Positions 12,063 through 26,636 are shown, counted from the stretch's first letter. The stretch: DNA of 37,432 nt from Phoronis australis (GCA_002633005.1 NMRA01000582.1:1-37432), one strand, 5' to 3'. The notes: generated from the sequence alone by a model not told the origin. A program made the numbers and translations.

Positions 12063-14628
12063 CAGTCACATAGTCAGACGCTACCTGCATGGAAAACATG
12101 GGGAAACCTCATCACCTTATGCATTGGATAATACTAAATCTATTTTTGTCATTTTCACCCAAGAATGTTAAGTTAACATTTAATAACATTTACTCTTTTA
12201 AGAAAGGGACAGCTTTCGAGGAGAGATATTACTTACATTCAAATCATTCATTCCATTTCCCACCACTGTAAATTGGTTGATAATCAACAGTAGATATCTG
12301 GTTGATATCGGTGATATCGGTGAATGGGCTTTCAACAATTGGATAAAGCTTAAAAAAGTTAAATTGGAGGTGTAGTATTTGAAGAACGAGTGGAGGTATT
12401 ATAAAATGGATGCCGTAGAACAAGTTCTACAAGTCTCATAAACACGTGGATACTAAAATTATGATTAAAGGTTGTAAAATTGGCGATGTTATGATGTTAA
12501 AACTAGTGGGACTGCTGTATTTGATTTTTTCCGACTATATGGAATGTCAGATTCGTACTCTCTGGAAGAGCTCTTCTCAGTATAGGGTGGTGGCATGGAT
12601 AGCCTATAGATCATATAATGTCAGCAGTGCTCTCTGGTAGACTGAGTTGATATACATATAATATATATGGAAAAATATGAGGTTTTCAAAATGACAAAAA
12701 GGCACATTCCTGACTGACTAGTTCCTAGTAGTAGGAACTGCCAATTTCAATATCATCTGACTTGTGCTTCATCGTGAAGTGAAAGCTGGAAGTCCCAACA
12801 AGGACACGGAGTAATCACCTCAGTTTAATAATGGGAGCATCTTTATAAGGTCAAGCTAACATACTTCACCAGTGTAAATGTGTAGCAGAGACCCATACCC
12901 TAATGTACATTTGGCTTCCTATCATACTGAAGCTGTTGGGCTGTTATAAACTGACCAGGTGTACAACAATAACAAAATAACAAACAATGTATTACATGTG
13001 TTCTCTATAGCTTGTTTTAAAATGCAAGTGACCAACAAATCTCAGTAAATTTCCAAATAAGGAAGTGCATACTGTTGGAATACTGACGGAAATTTAGATT
13101 GTTGATAACCGTCAACACCACACACCGGAGCCAATTTCTAGAAGAGCCTCGTTCGAAGTGATTTGCATACTGCAAAACTGACTATACAAACAGTTTCATT
13201 TGTGAATGAAGGAAATATGATTGCTGTGGTATTTATTAGAGTTTGAAAGATTTATAAACATCAGCAGCTTCCACAGTTATCCCTCTAAGCTCGGAATGTG
13301 CACTTTTGGGAACGTGACTGATGGTTTAGTCATGGTCAGGTGAATTTGACAAAAAAAAACAAGTATACAGGACTGGTATGCTAAAGGGAATTCCGTAATT
13401 GTACAGCAGTGTACAAGACCATTCAAGAACAGGTCGTGAACTATGAACCTATTGGGATAACTGGCCTCACCATGTTTTTACCGATCATACTTGGTCGCAA
13501 CTTTGCAGATCTTCTTTTGCATTGGCATTCTTAAAAGGTCATGTTTTCTCAGAAGGAATGTATATCATTTTAGAACCCATTTACATAGTGTTATGATCTC
13601 ATGTCATATAATACTAGGAAAGGCCAATTGCCTTATTAAGAAGCTTAATTGCTTCCTCCTGCACCTGGTTTGAGTGAGCATTCTGTCCAAGTGCTCAGTG
13701 ACAGTTTATTGGTGATTATGTAACCCTTCGTAATTATTTTAAACAACCAGGTTCATTGCCACTATTGGTAAAACCACATATGGCATATGGCGGTTGTCCA
13801 GTGCACTGCCAGGATACATGTGGGAAGAGTAGGCCACCAATGGCCATCAGTGAAAGTGAATCATGTTTTAGTTATCAGGGGTGGTGCAGTGGTTGGGTTT
13901 CTAACCAGCAGCATATTAGTTAAGCTGTGGTTTAGTCTTGCACTGTGACAATGCGGGTGTTCAGCAGGTCTACAATGATTTCTTCACCAACAGGAATATT
14001 GGTTTCTCCGCTAATAGGGGTAATTAATCTTCAGTTACAAGCAAGAATTTAACAAATTTCAGTTTGTCAAAAAGGTTCATGAATGACAGATTTCAAATCC
14101 ATTTAATATCAAAAGTACGAAAGTCTTGTCACATGACCCTCAAATGTCTAATCAGAGCCATGTTGTACAAACTGTGCTATCAATGAACTGAAATTTCCGC
14201 AATTTCTATTTTGTTGAGAAATTTGGCAAAACAAAATTCTACTTGAGCTCTGTCAACTCGTGTTATGTCCAAAATCGTTGCCGTGGTAACGTGTGAGTGA
14301 CTTTCATGATTTGTGGTTTTGATCTCGCAATTATTCATGTTACATTTCCGTAATTTTCTTGCTCCTGTTTCTTTGAAAAGAAGAAGGAAGGAATGATGCA
14401 AAACATTGCTCGAAAAAAATGGCTTCTGTGTTGATAACAAAGTAGATTGTTATCTCATTCCATTGGTCTTTGTAATGTGGTTTTCAATGGTTAGTCTAAA
14501 CTAACTAACACAATTTAATAAAGGACAGAATACCTACATTGTGCACAGGTGAATGACATAGAGCTGCACTGTTTGGTCAATTCAGCTCGGTAGTTTTTCT
14601 GTATTTGGTAGAAACCCAAGCTGTCTGT

Positions 14629-15048
14629 AGTCCCATCCACATTCGGCCTTCCCTAAAACAACCTGCACTATTGCCATGTACCCCACTTCTAAGTGGATTG
14701 TCCACACGCACACATATACCATAACTAGGGTAAGACAAAATTCGTCACTCTGTGTGTGACAATGAAACCTAATGCGCGCAAGAGAAACCCCGCCTGTATG
14801 TAACCGCAGAAGGCAATTACTTCCACCTTACCCCACTTTTGCGTCGTCAAAGCGATTACAAGTGGCGTAAGTTATCCTAGAACAAATTGCCCCACCTCCA
14901 TAATGTGACAGGCCTGTAATGTGGAGTAAGTTGTCACAAGTGGGGTAAGTTGCACTAGTTTAACTATCGTCCAAACAGCACTCAAACCTAGTGACAACTC
15001 GTTGCAGGAGTAACTTGTTCTTGAGTTAATCTGTGTGTGGACGGCACT
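14629..15048 (-). mobile_element. Longest copy of MITE family A (Harbinger-like termini), inverted relative to the other two copies
   Basis: Termini agtcccatccaca ... tgtgtggacggcact. The interior is the reverse complement of 5672-5915 and 29153-29501. Confidence 0.85.
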
Positions 15049-18000
15049 CGTTGCCTTTATTTCACTTTCATTTGCAACTGAGGCCATGGCTGTTGTAATG
15101 TACAGGCTTTCTATAAATGCGAAGTGCGCGTTTTTATTTGGAGTTGGACCACTTTGTACTTACCATTTATTTAGCCATTGTGAAACAGTGTTTGCTGTTC
15201 TTTGCTCTGATTAGAAGTGTTTTTTGGACTCAGATTGGTCATCGGTGCTTGATACCTTAGTCAGTGTTTAAGATGCTGATATGGGAGCAGAGAACTACTC
15301 TTGACCAGATTCTTTAAGTAATGAACAAATTGAGAACAGTGAATGTTATGGCTAGTTGTCTTTACGGAAAGAAACATCAAAGGTATAATTCATAGGTGTG
15401 CAGCTTCCATGTAGCATAGGATTAACTCAAAAGCTTTGAATTTTCAACAAAAATACTAGAGGTAACCAGTGAACCAGGTCGTTTAAATTCAACCCTTGGG
15501 GTGTGGGGTACAAGCATTAAGTGAGCGTGAACGCTTAAAACAACAAGTTTTTACGGCGGAGTGCTGTCACCATTTTTTGCACATAAGTGCCCACGATTAT
15601 AGAATATACGTGTTTGCATTTTCTTCAGTAAAAAGTGAGTATTTTGGGCCTGAACCTGGGGCAAGGTGCCGCTGAGATTGAGCATCTGTGTGCCGCAAAG
15701 GTTTAACGACTTTTGTACTATGTGGGAACTAAAATTCTCAAACGAGGAGCATTCTAAAAGACACTGACACTTCTAATAAAATCTTGATCATATCAATTGT
15801 GTGTTGGAGCTACCTCGGGTAAGTTAAACATGGACATTTAAAAGTGAAAGTTTCGGGGTGGGGGTGGCCGTTAAGCCTGAGGTAGGTACCAAGCTAGCGA
15901 AGCACAGTAATACTTTCCCTGCAACAATGCCTGTATAATGTCTGTTAGGGTTGTCCTCTATCTATCTGGTGATTCATCCAGCTTTGTTCAGTATTTAACT
16001 AGAGAGATAAGAAGTTTGATTTCCCTGACTTAGTCAACATGTGAACTATAACTGAGGTCTGTGCTATGTTTGGCACAACAAAACAGTTCATCACCTTGTT
16101 TTCATATCCCTTTGGGCTTGATAATCGCCATTTAATGGTCAGAGAGTACAGTAATTTCCTCTCCAAGTTTATCTGCTTGAGTCCCATGTCTCACTTTCCC
16201 CAACACAAATTTGACCTGCAGAAACATTTATTTGAGTGTAAGACCTTTAGTGAAGATTTTATCAGTTAGGGTTACTGCTCTACAATTTCACTCATTCTAA
16301 ATTTTCGCACACCCAAAATTATTTAACACTGGCCTTACTATATTTCCGGCCATTCTACTATTTTCGTAAAATTGTAGAGTGCTTAGCGTATTAGTTGTAT
16401 CAAGGAGTGACAGAGTGCTGAGACAACATTTGGGCACTCCTCTTTTGAAATCCTGGATCCGTCTAGATATCAAAACTGAAAGTGATTTGAACTAAAACGG
16501 CTATCATGAAATGACTTCTATTCTTTCTCATTTGATGTATTTTTTTAGTCACATTTCAGGTCTCTTCCACTAATACTATAGTATAAAAGATAATTGCTGG
16601 TCGACTGGCAAATGTATCAGACATACGCAGGCGGCTCATGTGGGCCCAGTGCACTGATCGCCTGCAATGTTTTATATGCTTTATTTAAACATAGTTAAAA
16701 CTGAGCTGAGGAACTAAAGACCTGGTTCAAGGGTGTAGCAGTGTCCCCTAGTGGGACTCACTTGAACGATCACGACCTTCAGTAAATGAAGTGAACACAT
16801 ATCCCACTTGGCCACATTGCCTCCTCTAACTACAGGTAGCTTCACATAAGTGTCAAAAGTGCTTGCAGATTTTCATGCTTGAAATTAGATTTGCCATCCA
16901 TGTATGTGTAATTTTAGTATGTTTCTTATAACTTTTCCAAAATTGGATCTACGTTCGCTCACTTCAGTAGGATTTATTGATGAACGTGTGAAAAATAACA
17001 GCCTCTATCTCATGTGCATGTGTGGTGAAGTAAGGTGTCTGGCTACAAAAAGTTCTTTAACTAAAATATTTGCTCCAACAATTGGTGCACAACTGTCAAA
17101 GGACGATGTTTAGCTCATCCATGGTGTGTAGCTGAAGCCACAGCTAACAATTCTTCCTTGGAATTGGACTCGAAGTACAACCACTAGTTGGATAGTTTCC
17201 CATTGTGGCATGGCTCAGTTATGACTAGGCATTTTGTGAATAACCTACTGAGATCAAGTTCCCACACTGAACATATTGGGGGTATATTCTGCCACTTCCG
17301 TATCTGCCTGCAAAAGTCATTAAAACACAACTTTACTTTGAGGAAACACGAACTTTGATATATTGAGGGTGTTTCCACTCTGTGTACTTTTGAAGACCAC
17401 CTGCCTCCCTCCACTACAGTCTACAGGATGCAGAAATGTTACGTAGCTATGAATGTCTGGCCTTTCTGTGACCATACATTTTTGCACAGCATCATACCAC
17501 TAGTTGGCTAAAACGCTTGCAGTTTTGCTAGTAGTAAAAACCTAGGTAATAAAATGGCTACTGGTGAATTCAGTTAGGTAAACTGTAAATGTTTTCCCCT
17601 GTACTATAAGCAATAGCATGACATGGTGCGGCACGTCCCTATTTTCAGTTGTGGCAAGGTTCTCAGTCAGGTTTACTTTTTTTAAAATCTTTAATCTTGT
17701 ATTGATAAACTTTTTGTACATTGACAGAATCCAAAATAGGTCAAAATACCCGTTATGTTTGCCTCCTTATCTTGTTTTGTTTTGATTCAGGGAAATATTC
17801 ACCTACTGAGCTTGTTCCATTTTTACACCAAAAGAATAAGAAGTAAGAACAACTGTGCAACTATTTATCTTGTTTGCTAGGAAAAGCTCAGTGCTTTTTA
17901 AACATTATTCAAGATTTGGCATCGGACATGACGTGTCTGCATTTTGAGAACCAATTTCATGCCTGTTATTCAGTGGAGAAAACTTGGTTCTTAAAATTGG

Positions 18001-19747
18001 GGCACATTATATCTGACCATTACCAGAGAATTTAATCATGACTCAAGATTTCAAACATTACACAGAACTTTTCAAACATGGTGCTGTGGCGTGGTTGAAT
18101 ATATATGTAAGGGTAATACTGATACTTAGTACATGGCCTGCAGCAGTGATCTGTTTCCACTGAGCTGTGGAATTCCGATTGTGTGTTTTGTTGTCAGTCA
18201 GGCCATGGCTTCAAACATATTTGTTCCAGCTGTGTGATACTAGCTACAGAAGATCCCTCTTATCCAGCCACCTGGGGCTGGTTTGATACTGTCTGGTATG
18301 TCCTATATTAAGCACACACTCAGTTTTTCAGATGGGATATTGTCTAACAATTAAATTTGCATGTGAAATCTCATTTGGGGTACTTGCATAGCTAGAGATG
18401 GAGGTTAACCACTACCCACATCTCTGGACAAATGGTGTCTTTCACTGGTGTTTTCATTACAAAAATAGAATCACAAATATCAGTTGTAATGATAATTGTG
18501 TGGTTTTCTCTCTGTTTATTTCATTGGTTTGGACTGTGTTTACTATCAGCCATGTTTATTTCGTTTGCCAAATTGAGGTCAACTTCTCACTACCAGGGGA
18601 CAATATGTAGACATGAAGTGTTAGAATTTTTCATTTTGTTCATATTTTTGGGGATTCACAGCAAGGTTAGGTTTTCAAAAAACGAAAAAAATCCAGTTAT
18701 TTCCATGAATATTTTTTTCAAAATTGGCGTTATTTTGCCGCACATGAAATTTTCTTTGATGTTTGTGTCTGTAATCCCATAAGATAAAAGTCACTTTACA
18801 CAACGAAGGCTTGACACGGAACGAGTTGACACGGCACGCACGAGTTGATCCTTGTCAGTGTCACTTACACATTATCAGAAACTGGATCAGCGGCAGGAGT
18901 TCCAGTGAATTGCGTTTATGTTCCTTATCACTGTGATTTCCATGAACTATGTATTCCAGCATTTGAGTATATTGTTGCAGACATAACAATTTGTATTCCA
19001 TGAAGCTAAAACATTAGACAGTTAATGGCAATTTGTAGATATTGAGTGAAAAGGATGCCTTCCACCTTGGCACCAGTTTGTGTTTAGACCTGTAGTTGAG
19101 CAACACATGGGGTGCACTATAACTACATCAGAATCCCTAATAGTGTCAAATTGTTCTGGGTCAGTTCTAAACACATATACTTGAGCCTGATCATCTCCTG
19201 TGGCAGTTGTTCCCTGTCAAGTAGTTTTGTGTAAATGTGACATAAGACATGTTTGAGGTCCAAAACCAGCTCTAATATTTGAGTACCCCTAACCTACTGC
19301 ATGCATACAGAAAGCTTTCATAGCTATGGGAAAAGTTTGCTCTTTTGAATTGTACGGTGTACCCCGCATTTTGTACCAAGGTGTTAGGTCTGGCTGCTGC
19401 AGACTATAGATTTTCTATGACATGTTGAAATGCCTGGACCACACATCCTCAATGAAGTATTTGTAACGTATTCTATTCACACTGAACTGGGTTATAATAC
19501 TTTTTCAGTATAAGTTTCATGCATTGGTTACCATTCATACTGCAACTGTGATAATCAGTTGTCTTCCTGCTTTGTGTCACAAGTGATGGTCAGTGTATAG
19601 TTGAATTTGTTCCACATGGCCAATGGATTATAACTTTTAGAACTGGCCTGTCTGCTTTCTTGGTTATACCATGACCATTATAACTACACTTGCTGAGTGT
19701 TTTATATATAATTCTACGGTTATAACTTAAATTGGGCTTAAAGTTAT

Positions 19748-20223
19748 AAGGCCCTTTCATACTAACGTCGATGTTTCGGGGCCAGTTACGTTCAGTATGA
19801 ACGCTTAACTTTGATCCTGGTGAATTTAAAAGCAGATCGTTGACGCTGCTGTACATTATGATTGATCAACTTTCGTCTCGTCAAAGTTATTGCCAGGGGC
19901 CACTGCTATCGTCAACAATTAAAGGGCAGTGTCGTCGCTAATAGTTGCTTACATAATGCTCGAATAATCACCAGTCGAATTAGAAATAATCTCTCAATGT
20001 CAATTAGCACACGTAAATGTTCTCAAATTGTCTCATTAAAAAAAATCTTAGCACACATGGGATGCGTCAGCGCTACCTTGCGATTATTTCGATGATGACA
20101 GCGTCACCTACCGTTTACTTCGATGCTGTTAATTACCAAAGCCAATATGTATGATTGGATTAACTTCTCAGTTTACATCGACGCTCTGCTCATATTGGAG
20201 TTAAGTTAGTATGAAAAGGCCTT
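19748..20223. mobile_element. MITE with near-perfect 19-bp terminal inverted repeats (PIF/Harbinger-like)
   Basis: aaggccctttcatactaac ... gttagtatgaaaaggcctt (1 mismatch). CpG-rich interior. Confidence 0.8.
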
Positions 20224-22422
20224 CAGAGGGTTTTGATGTGAATAGTTTACTAAATTATGTGTGAATTCTTAGTAATTGCATGGCGAGTTGGGCAGTCTTG
20301 CTACCCACAGCAAAACTTGTCTGGTGCACTGATCCTGATACTTCTGAACCAGCTTTTGAGCAAACTGCCAGCACTTGCTGTCGCTTTCTTAAAGTGCTGA
20401 CATACCTTAAAGTCCTACCGTATTACACCAAACTTGTTCTGACAATGGCTGAGATTTTAATGTCTTGATGAAACAGACATCACTGCAAACATTTGGAAAT
20501 GGCAACTTTGGCCCTTAACATGCTTCCAAAGAAATGTTGTCGTATGTGGATGCAGAGTATGATCCACATGGTCTGGACTGCTTTTCAACCAAATCTCAAA
20601 CCAATGTCATGGGAAAAATAGCTGATTTCTATTCATGTCTACAGAACAGTGGGCCCAGAGATCACAACGCTAAATGCCATTACTGGTTTTCTTCTCATTG
20701 TTTGTGGTATAGAATTCTCTTCAGAAATAATTTTACCTCCCATTTCGCTAATACCTGAATCCCCCATTGTAAGTAACTTACCAGGTGTCATTTTGAAAAA
20801 TAGGAATGGGTCAGTTGATTCACATGGATTCATATCTATATGTTTATAGGTCAATTTGGAAAAAACAATGTACCGCATTAGTTTTCTTCAATTTCATTCT
20901 CTTGAGGTTGGCATCTTTCTGCTGGGATTTCATCTGCTATCCTAGTCAGTGTTACTTACGTTACTTACTAACGTGACCTATGATTGCCATAGAGCTTGTT
21001 GATTGGTTCACAAGTTTTGATCATCTGTTAATGCCCTGTTTAGCCATTAACAACTGTATGACAGGCACAAACTGCCACAGTGCCAGATAGTAGGTGCCAC
21101 ATACAACTTACATATGGTGAAAGTTGCACTTTATGTTGAGGCAGAGAAAACGATGCAAGTTTTTACTTATTTGGAGGCAGAAAAACTTGTTGATCGACAA
21201 CGATTGAACTTAGGCAAGGGAAGCTAACTATAGCTATGGTGCGAAAATGGTCACCCGTACGTACGCTATTGTGCAAGATAACATGATCATATCCGCCTTG
21301 CCTCAATTTCAATTTCACATTAAGACGTCAAGTTGACACCGAATGAGATGATCACGTGTAAGATGCTGTCCCTCAATGGTGGTGACAGAATCGACACAAC
21401 AACGAGAACTCTTCCTGTGTCAATTTCTGCGCCATGTTTTAAGCTTGCTCCATGTCAGCTTTTCTGTGCTTTTGCATGATAAGCTGCACTACAGTTTCTG
21501 ACTGCGATACACATTATTTTTGCAGCACAACAAAATAAGTCTTGATAGCTAACAAAATTTCATTGCACCAGTTTGTCAGAGTTGAGCAACCGAAGTGCGT
21601 TGGTGAAGAATTTTATTGGTCAAACACGTGGGTGTGTTTAAAAAATTACCCGTGCAGGTCACACTGAGAACTGACAAGGTTTGACAGGGTCCTTACCCTA
21701 ATAGAATTTGTACTGCTACTGTGTGAAGATAAGATAGAAACAAGATAAAAATATTTGGCCCACATGGAAAAAATGTTGATAAAACGAATGTTAATTTTTT
21801 TATCTGTCTTGTGAAGGTGAAGTGTGTTATAAATCAGGTTTTATGAAAAATCTGATCTATCAATATCAAGAAGTCACAGAAATAAAAAAATCACAAAAAG
21901 AAAATTGCATTATAAATCCAAACATCATTTCATCACTGGATCACTAGAAATTTGATAAAACTGATAATTTAGTATTTACACAAACTTCCCCAAAAACATT
22001 CAACGTGATTCATAAATCTTTTCCTTTATTCTTTTGCTGTAAGTTCGAATGTCAATTGGACAGTATCTGGTTGAAATGACTGAGGTTATCTGCTAGTATA
22101 AACACAACAGGAAGGTCATCTGTGTGTGTTGATATATTTCCTTAACTTCTATCTCCTTTGATTGAGTCTCTTTTTAATAAAAGCAAAAGACATCAAAGAG
22201 ATTGGAATATGCGATTTTCATCTCCCGCTGGAGTGTCAGAGAAAACATCTGACTGCTGTAACCAGAGGTTCAAACAAATGAAAACTCATAGGTTTTGTTT
22301 TGAACTTAAACTTATTGTTAAGGTTTTGTTCGATGATGTATAAAAGTGTTCTGGTTCAAACCAGTATGCTTATGCTAAAGGCGGAACATTTCGGCTTGTT
22401 ATTTGGCCTTGCACTTGCAAAT

Positions 22423-22783
22423 TAAAGGTGTTTTTACACACGGAACAGTCGTACCTGTGCGAGGTGTCACGGTGCATCTTGCTCCACTCTAGTCATGTTT
22501 ACACAACATTAGGTTGTAAAATGGATTGGTACGAGTCATTTATTCGAAGCTTAACAGAGATGATCCCTTCGGCATTGCCCCAGTTTGTGTTTAGAGGTGT
22601 ATACAACACTAGAGCAACTGATTGCGTGTAAATCAGTATACCTCTCAACCCAGTGTTGAAAATGGCACGCTGCGGTCCTAAAGTACTCCGTGTCAATCGT
22701 GTTTGCACACACACTTGCGTGCACCCGGATCAGCTGTTCCGAGTTAGTTGCTCAGTGACAACTATCTCTTGTGTAGATGCAGC
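22423..22783 (+). mobile_element. MITE family B, copy 1 (Harbinger-like termini)
   Basis: Collinear with 34671-35076 (ggaacag..gtgcgag.tgtcacg..cttgctccact; gtttgc.cacacacttgcg; gtgacaact.tctc). Termini taaaggtgtttttacac / gtgtagatgcagc. Confidence 0.8.
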
Positions 22784-22784
22784 A

Positions 22785-22977
22785 CATGGGTCTGTAAATG
22801 GACTATTGCATGGGTGTGTACATGGACTATTGCATGGGTCTGTACATGGACTATTGCGTGGGTCTGTACATGGACTATTGCGTGGGTCTGTACATGGACT
22901 ATTGCGTGGGTCTGTACATGGACTATTGCGTGGGTCTGTACATGGATTATTGCATGGGTCTGTACATGGACTATTGC
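22785..22977. repeat. Minisatellite, 24-bp unit x8
   Basis: Unit c(a/g)tgggtctgtacatggactattg repeated with few substitutions. Confidence 0.97.
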
Positions 22978-24296
22978 CAGTATAAGGATGCAAACAGTTA
23001 CCATGAACAGTCTTCCAGCACAGCTGTTGGGCTATCAATTACTAGGTCACTGACTTTACCAGTTAGGTTTCAAAACAAACTTACATTGGAAATAATTTCA
23101 AGAATGTTGATATGCAGGAATTCTGTGTGGTTATCTGCAAGGGAGCATGGGTCTACACCTTGGCATAAAGGAAATTGTTGGAGACATTCTTCACTGTGTT
23201 AAGATTAAGAGGGGTTTGGGGTAGTATTCTTCTAAACTCATTTGTTTTGGTTTATGGTTTCAAATAGGTACTTCAGAGTGCAGTGCTTGCAATCAACACA
23301 TTTTGTTCAACCATGACATGACTACTTGCTCAAGTGCAGATTTACATACTTAAAATGAACTCATTTCATGTTCACAAATTTGAGTGATGCTTTGAACATG
23401 GACTGATTAGCTACTTGTCCCACTGAGTTAACAGTATGGGCATCTGTCAGAGATTAGGAAATAGGGTCTCAAATTTGTTTCATAAATTTTCAGGGGATCA
23501 GTGCGAACATTCATTGTCTGCCCCTCTTCTGATGTTTTATTTTCATTGCTTCGTCAATTTTTAGCTTTGACACAAACCAAGAGTAAATTCTATTATATTG
23601 AATTCTTAATATTATCGAAAATAAACAACAACCTTTTCATGCAACATTCTCTAGTCCTTATTTATTTTTCAGATAATTATGTTATTAGAAAGTGTCACAA
23701 TTATAAGAGAAGTTCATAACACAGTGGAGCCCATTTAATATTATACGGAATATTAGAATATCCTCGTTATTGGTATGAAATGTAACAAATGAAGTCCTAT
23801 TACACCCATGTAAAATAACCCTCATAATGTCATAATCTATATTATGTTTCTGGATATTGTCACTGAAAAAAGTCAGTAAAATTGATTTTCACTCGCTTAT
23901 TGGCAAATTATTAACCTTCGCTTTTCTATTAGCAATTGTCCAGAGGGAAAATTAGGAACACACTTCGATCATGGCATGATGCTCGTTAATTCTCAATTTC
24001 TCACTTATTGGGCCCAATATTCCGCATGTAAGCCCATTTTTGTAGGGCAGAGCAACACAATCAGGCCCTTCTGGTTTTTCCGAATGTTCCTGTCTTCCAT
24101 TTGTTTACTTCCTGTAGTATTGTGAGTGCTTGCTCAAATGTGGCGTGGTGACTTTGTGGCGAGCTGGGATTTTTACAAGGTTGCAAAAATTGAAGTTGCA
24201 TTGGCGTTGGCGACCTGCACGTTACCCGAAATCGAGCACCGAAGTTGAATCATCATAATCACTGATTTAAAGTTAAAGATTGGTGATCGATTTTAG

Positions 24297-24457
24297 AAGT
24301 TGGGCCCACACAGTGATCATTGTTGTGTCCTGCATCAAGTTGAACCCACACAGTGACCATTGTTGTGTCCTGCGTCAAGTTGGACCCACACAGTGACCAT
24401 TGTTGTGTCCTACGTCAAGTTGGACCCACACAGTGATCATTGTTGTGTCCTGCGTCA
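24297..24457. repeat. Minisatellite, 40-bp unit x4
   Basis: aagttggacccacacagtga(t/c)cattgttgtgtcctgcgtc repeated head-to-tail with no spacers. Confidence 0.96.
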
Positions 24458-26459
24458 TTGCGTCTTAACGTATAGTTTTAAAAGTATTTCCATTTACTGT
24501 GTATACGGTAAGATCTCATTCTTTACGGACAATAATAATAATAACCAAAATTTCCAATTTTCAAGGGGTAGCAACGTTGCTGTCAATGCTCACTGTCTTT
24601 TTAAGGTTCTGTTGCTATGGCAGAGAACTTAGAGGATGTAGTGAAGAATTAAGTAGCTACTACCAGTCTTTCACAATGAAATCAGAATGTCAGTCCACCT
24701 TGTTGTTTCTTAAATTGGTTCAGTTTTGCCATTCTGACAGCATGGCTGTATTGACTAATTCGTAGTATGTGCTTTTTGAATATGAAGAATAGGAAGTTGA
24801 CCCTTGTTTACTGTTTGTCTTGGATTTCCTTGACAGTGTGGTGGAGTTATGTGACAAGATATTAGAAAATAGTTCAACTGAGTCATCAGAAGTACATTTT
24901 ATAGATGCGAGACCTTTCTGAAAAAGCAAGATCAAGCAGGTCCGTGTGAAGTCATATGAGTGAAAGGAGGGTGTATGGTTGGGACTTAACTTGTACATTA
25001 GTGAAATGTTGGTCATTGAAGTGAGTGATCGATGGTGCTGGAATGTTGAATTATGGATAGAATTTACTGTTTGCATTCCATAACCAAAGATTTCTCACCA
25101 AAACTGCATTAGGAATATCTTGTGTTTACGGCATGCAGCCCTGAACTAATGCGAAATAGTTTGAGTTCCTGACTCTCAATTGCCACTTATTTCACGCTAA
25201 ACCTTCAAGTTCAACTTGTATGGTCCTCATACATTCTGTCTAGTTCAGAAAGCCTGCCCTGAAATAACACAACACCACTCTCATTCTAAGTTATTACCCA
25301 CAATGCAACACTCGTGTCAATCACTTGTCCTGCTTCTTCTCAAGCAAGTGTACTACTGTAGTCACTATCTTTAGTAATCCATCATTGTAATGCAGGGAAA
25401 TCTGTCTTACTGCATTTTGAGTTGCAATGGTAATGTTGGCGAAAAGGGCAAATATCCCAGTTGGATGCCCTTCCATTTTTTATCTATCCAGGAATACCTG
25501 ACATTTTGAAAAGTAGGTCAGTCATGCAATGAATTTTTACCTCCACTCAGGACGAGATTTCAACTGAACCTTAATTGACGAAATTGCCACTGGTGTTTCT
25601 TGGAATTTCATGAACCTGGACAGATTACTGTTATGGTATTCTAGCATGTGTTGTTTCAGAGGAAAATTATCTGTGCTTGGGAAACCACGCAAAACTTGAT
25701 ACGAACAGTACAAATAGTGAACAGAGCTTAATGTTCTGAAATTTTGTAATGGATGGCTAAAACTAGACTCACTTTCGGTTTATGTCATTTCAGTATGCAG
25801 TATACTTTTTACATTTGACTGGTTGACAATTGTTTGGAAGCGAAATGAGGCCGAATTGTTAGGACTTGCGAGGTCCAGATCAAAATTTGCAATTCAGTTG
25901 TCGTTTTGTCCAACAAATGAATGTTTTAAAAGAAACATATGCTTGAAGCTGACACGTTTGAAAGCATGTACACAACAGCTTGTACACTGAATTATGTGCC
26001 AGCAAGTAATCTTGCCGTGATAAAGTCAGTAATTGACTGCAGCAATGAGAAGTTTTTACGAAATGCTGTGTGTGGATCTCGAGGGAACGGCCATCTTTGG
26101 ATTAGTATGCATTACGTTTAGTTGGCCATTGATTCTGTCACAACTATGAAACTTGTTATTTTGAGACATGCAAGTTGCTCATTGTACTTGTTCTCATTCC
26201 AAGTTATGTGAATGTTGGGTGTATGTTTGATAATGTTTGTCATTCCAGCCACATAGCAATGAGGACCATACCATGTTGGGTTTGGGTTGATCTGCTAAAA
26301 ACTTTTGGTCTTTTGATTAGATTCAGCCCCTTGGTGTCAAAGTGCATGCCATTTGACATGGTTGTTATTGGTCATAAAATTTCCATGTCTGGCGAAAAGT
26401 CCAGTTGCGAAGGTTTATTATCTGTGCCTATTTCCTGCTTGGTTCTTGCTTAATATATG

Positions 26460-26636
26460 CAAGGGGGATTTAGGTGGTTCAAGGTGGTGTGGTGTGGGGC
26501 CCCTCGCCCATACTGGGCATGTCTGAAAAGTGGCACCAGCTTGTCGTTTTTATTAGGGGTATCACAAAGGATTGTGTTTTGAAAGTTGTGGTTGGGCCTC
26601 CCCCCTCCCTTTGCAACATTCTAGATCAGCCATTGT
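26460..26636. mobile_element. Decayed relative of the CAG.GGCGGAT MITE at 6075-6233
   Basis: caagggggatttag ... ttctagatcagccattg, with G-rich left and C-rich right subterminal tracts. Confidence 0.45.

Noticed and set aside
13878-13995. tRNA gene or tRNA-derived SINE (A-box-like tggtgcagtgg)
   Set aside because: I could not build a B box or a cloverleaf. At most this is a highly decayed SINE that I cannot support.
22653-23202. Five overlapping repetitive ORFs (PCTDPRNS, GSVHGLLR, WTIAWVCT, GLYMDYCV and AIVHVQTH repeats) that look like Cys/Pro-rich or structural proteins
   Set aside because: They arise from a 24-bp unit (a multiple of 3) that lacks stop codons in five frames. There is no flanking gene structure, and part of the region is a MITE.
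24297-24457. CRISPR-like array (40-bp partly palindromic repeats); the same applies to 37198-37432
   Set aside because: The units abut directly with no unique spacers, there are no cas genes, and the context is a eukaryotic intron.
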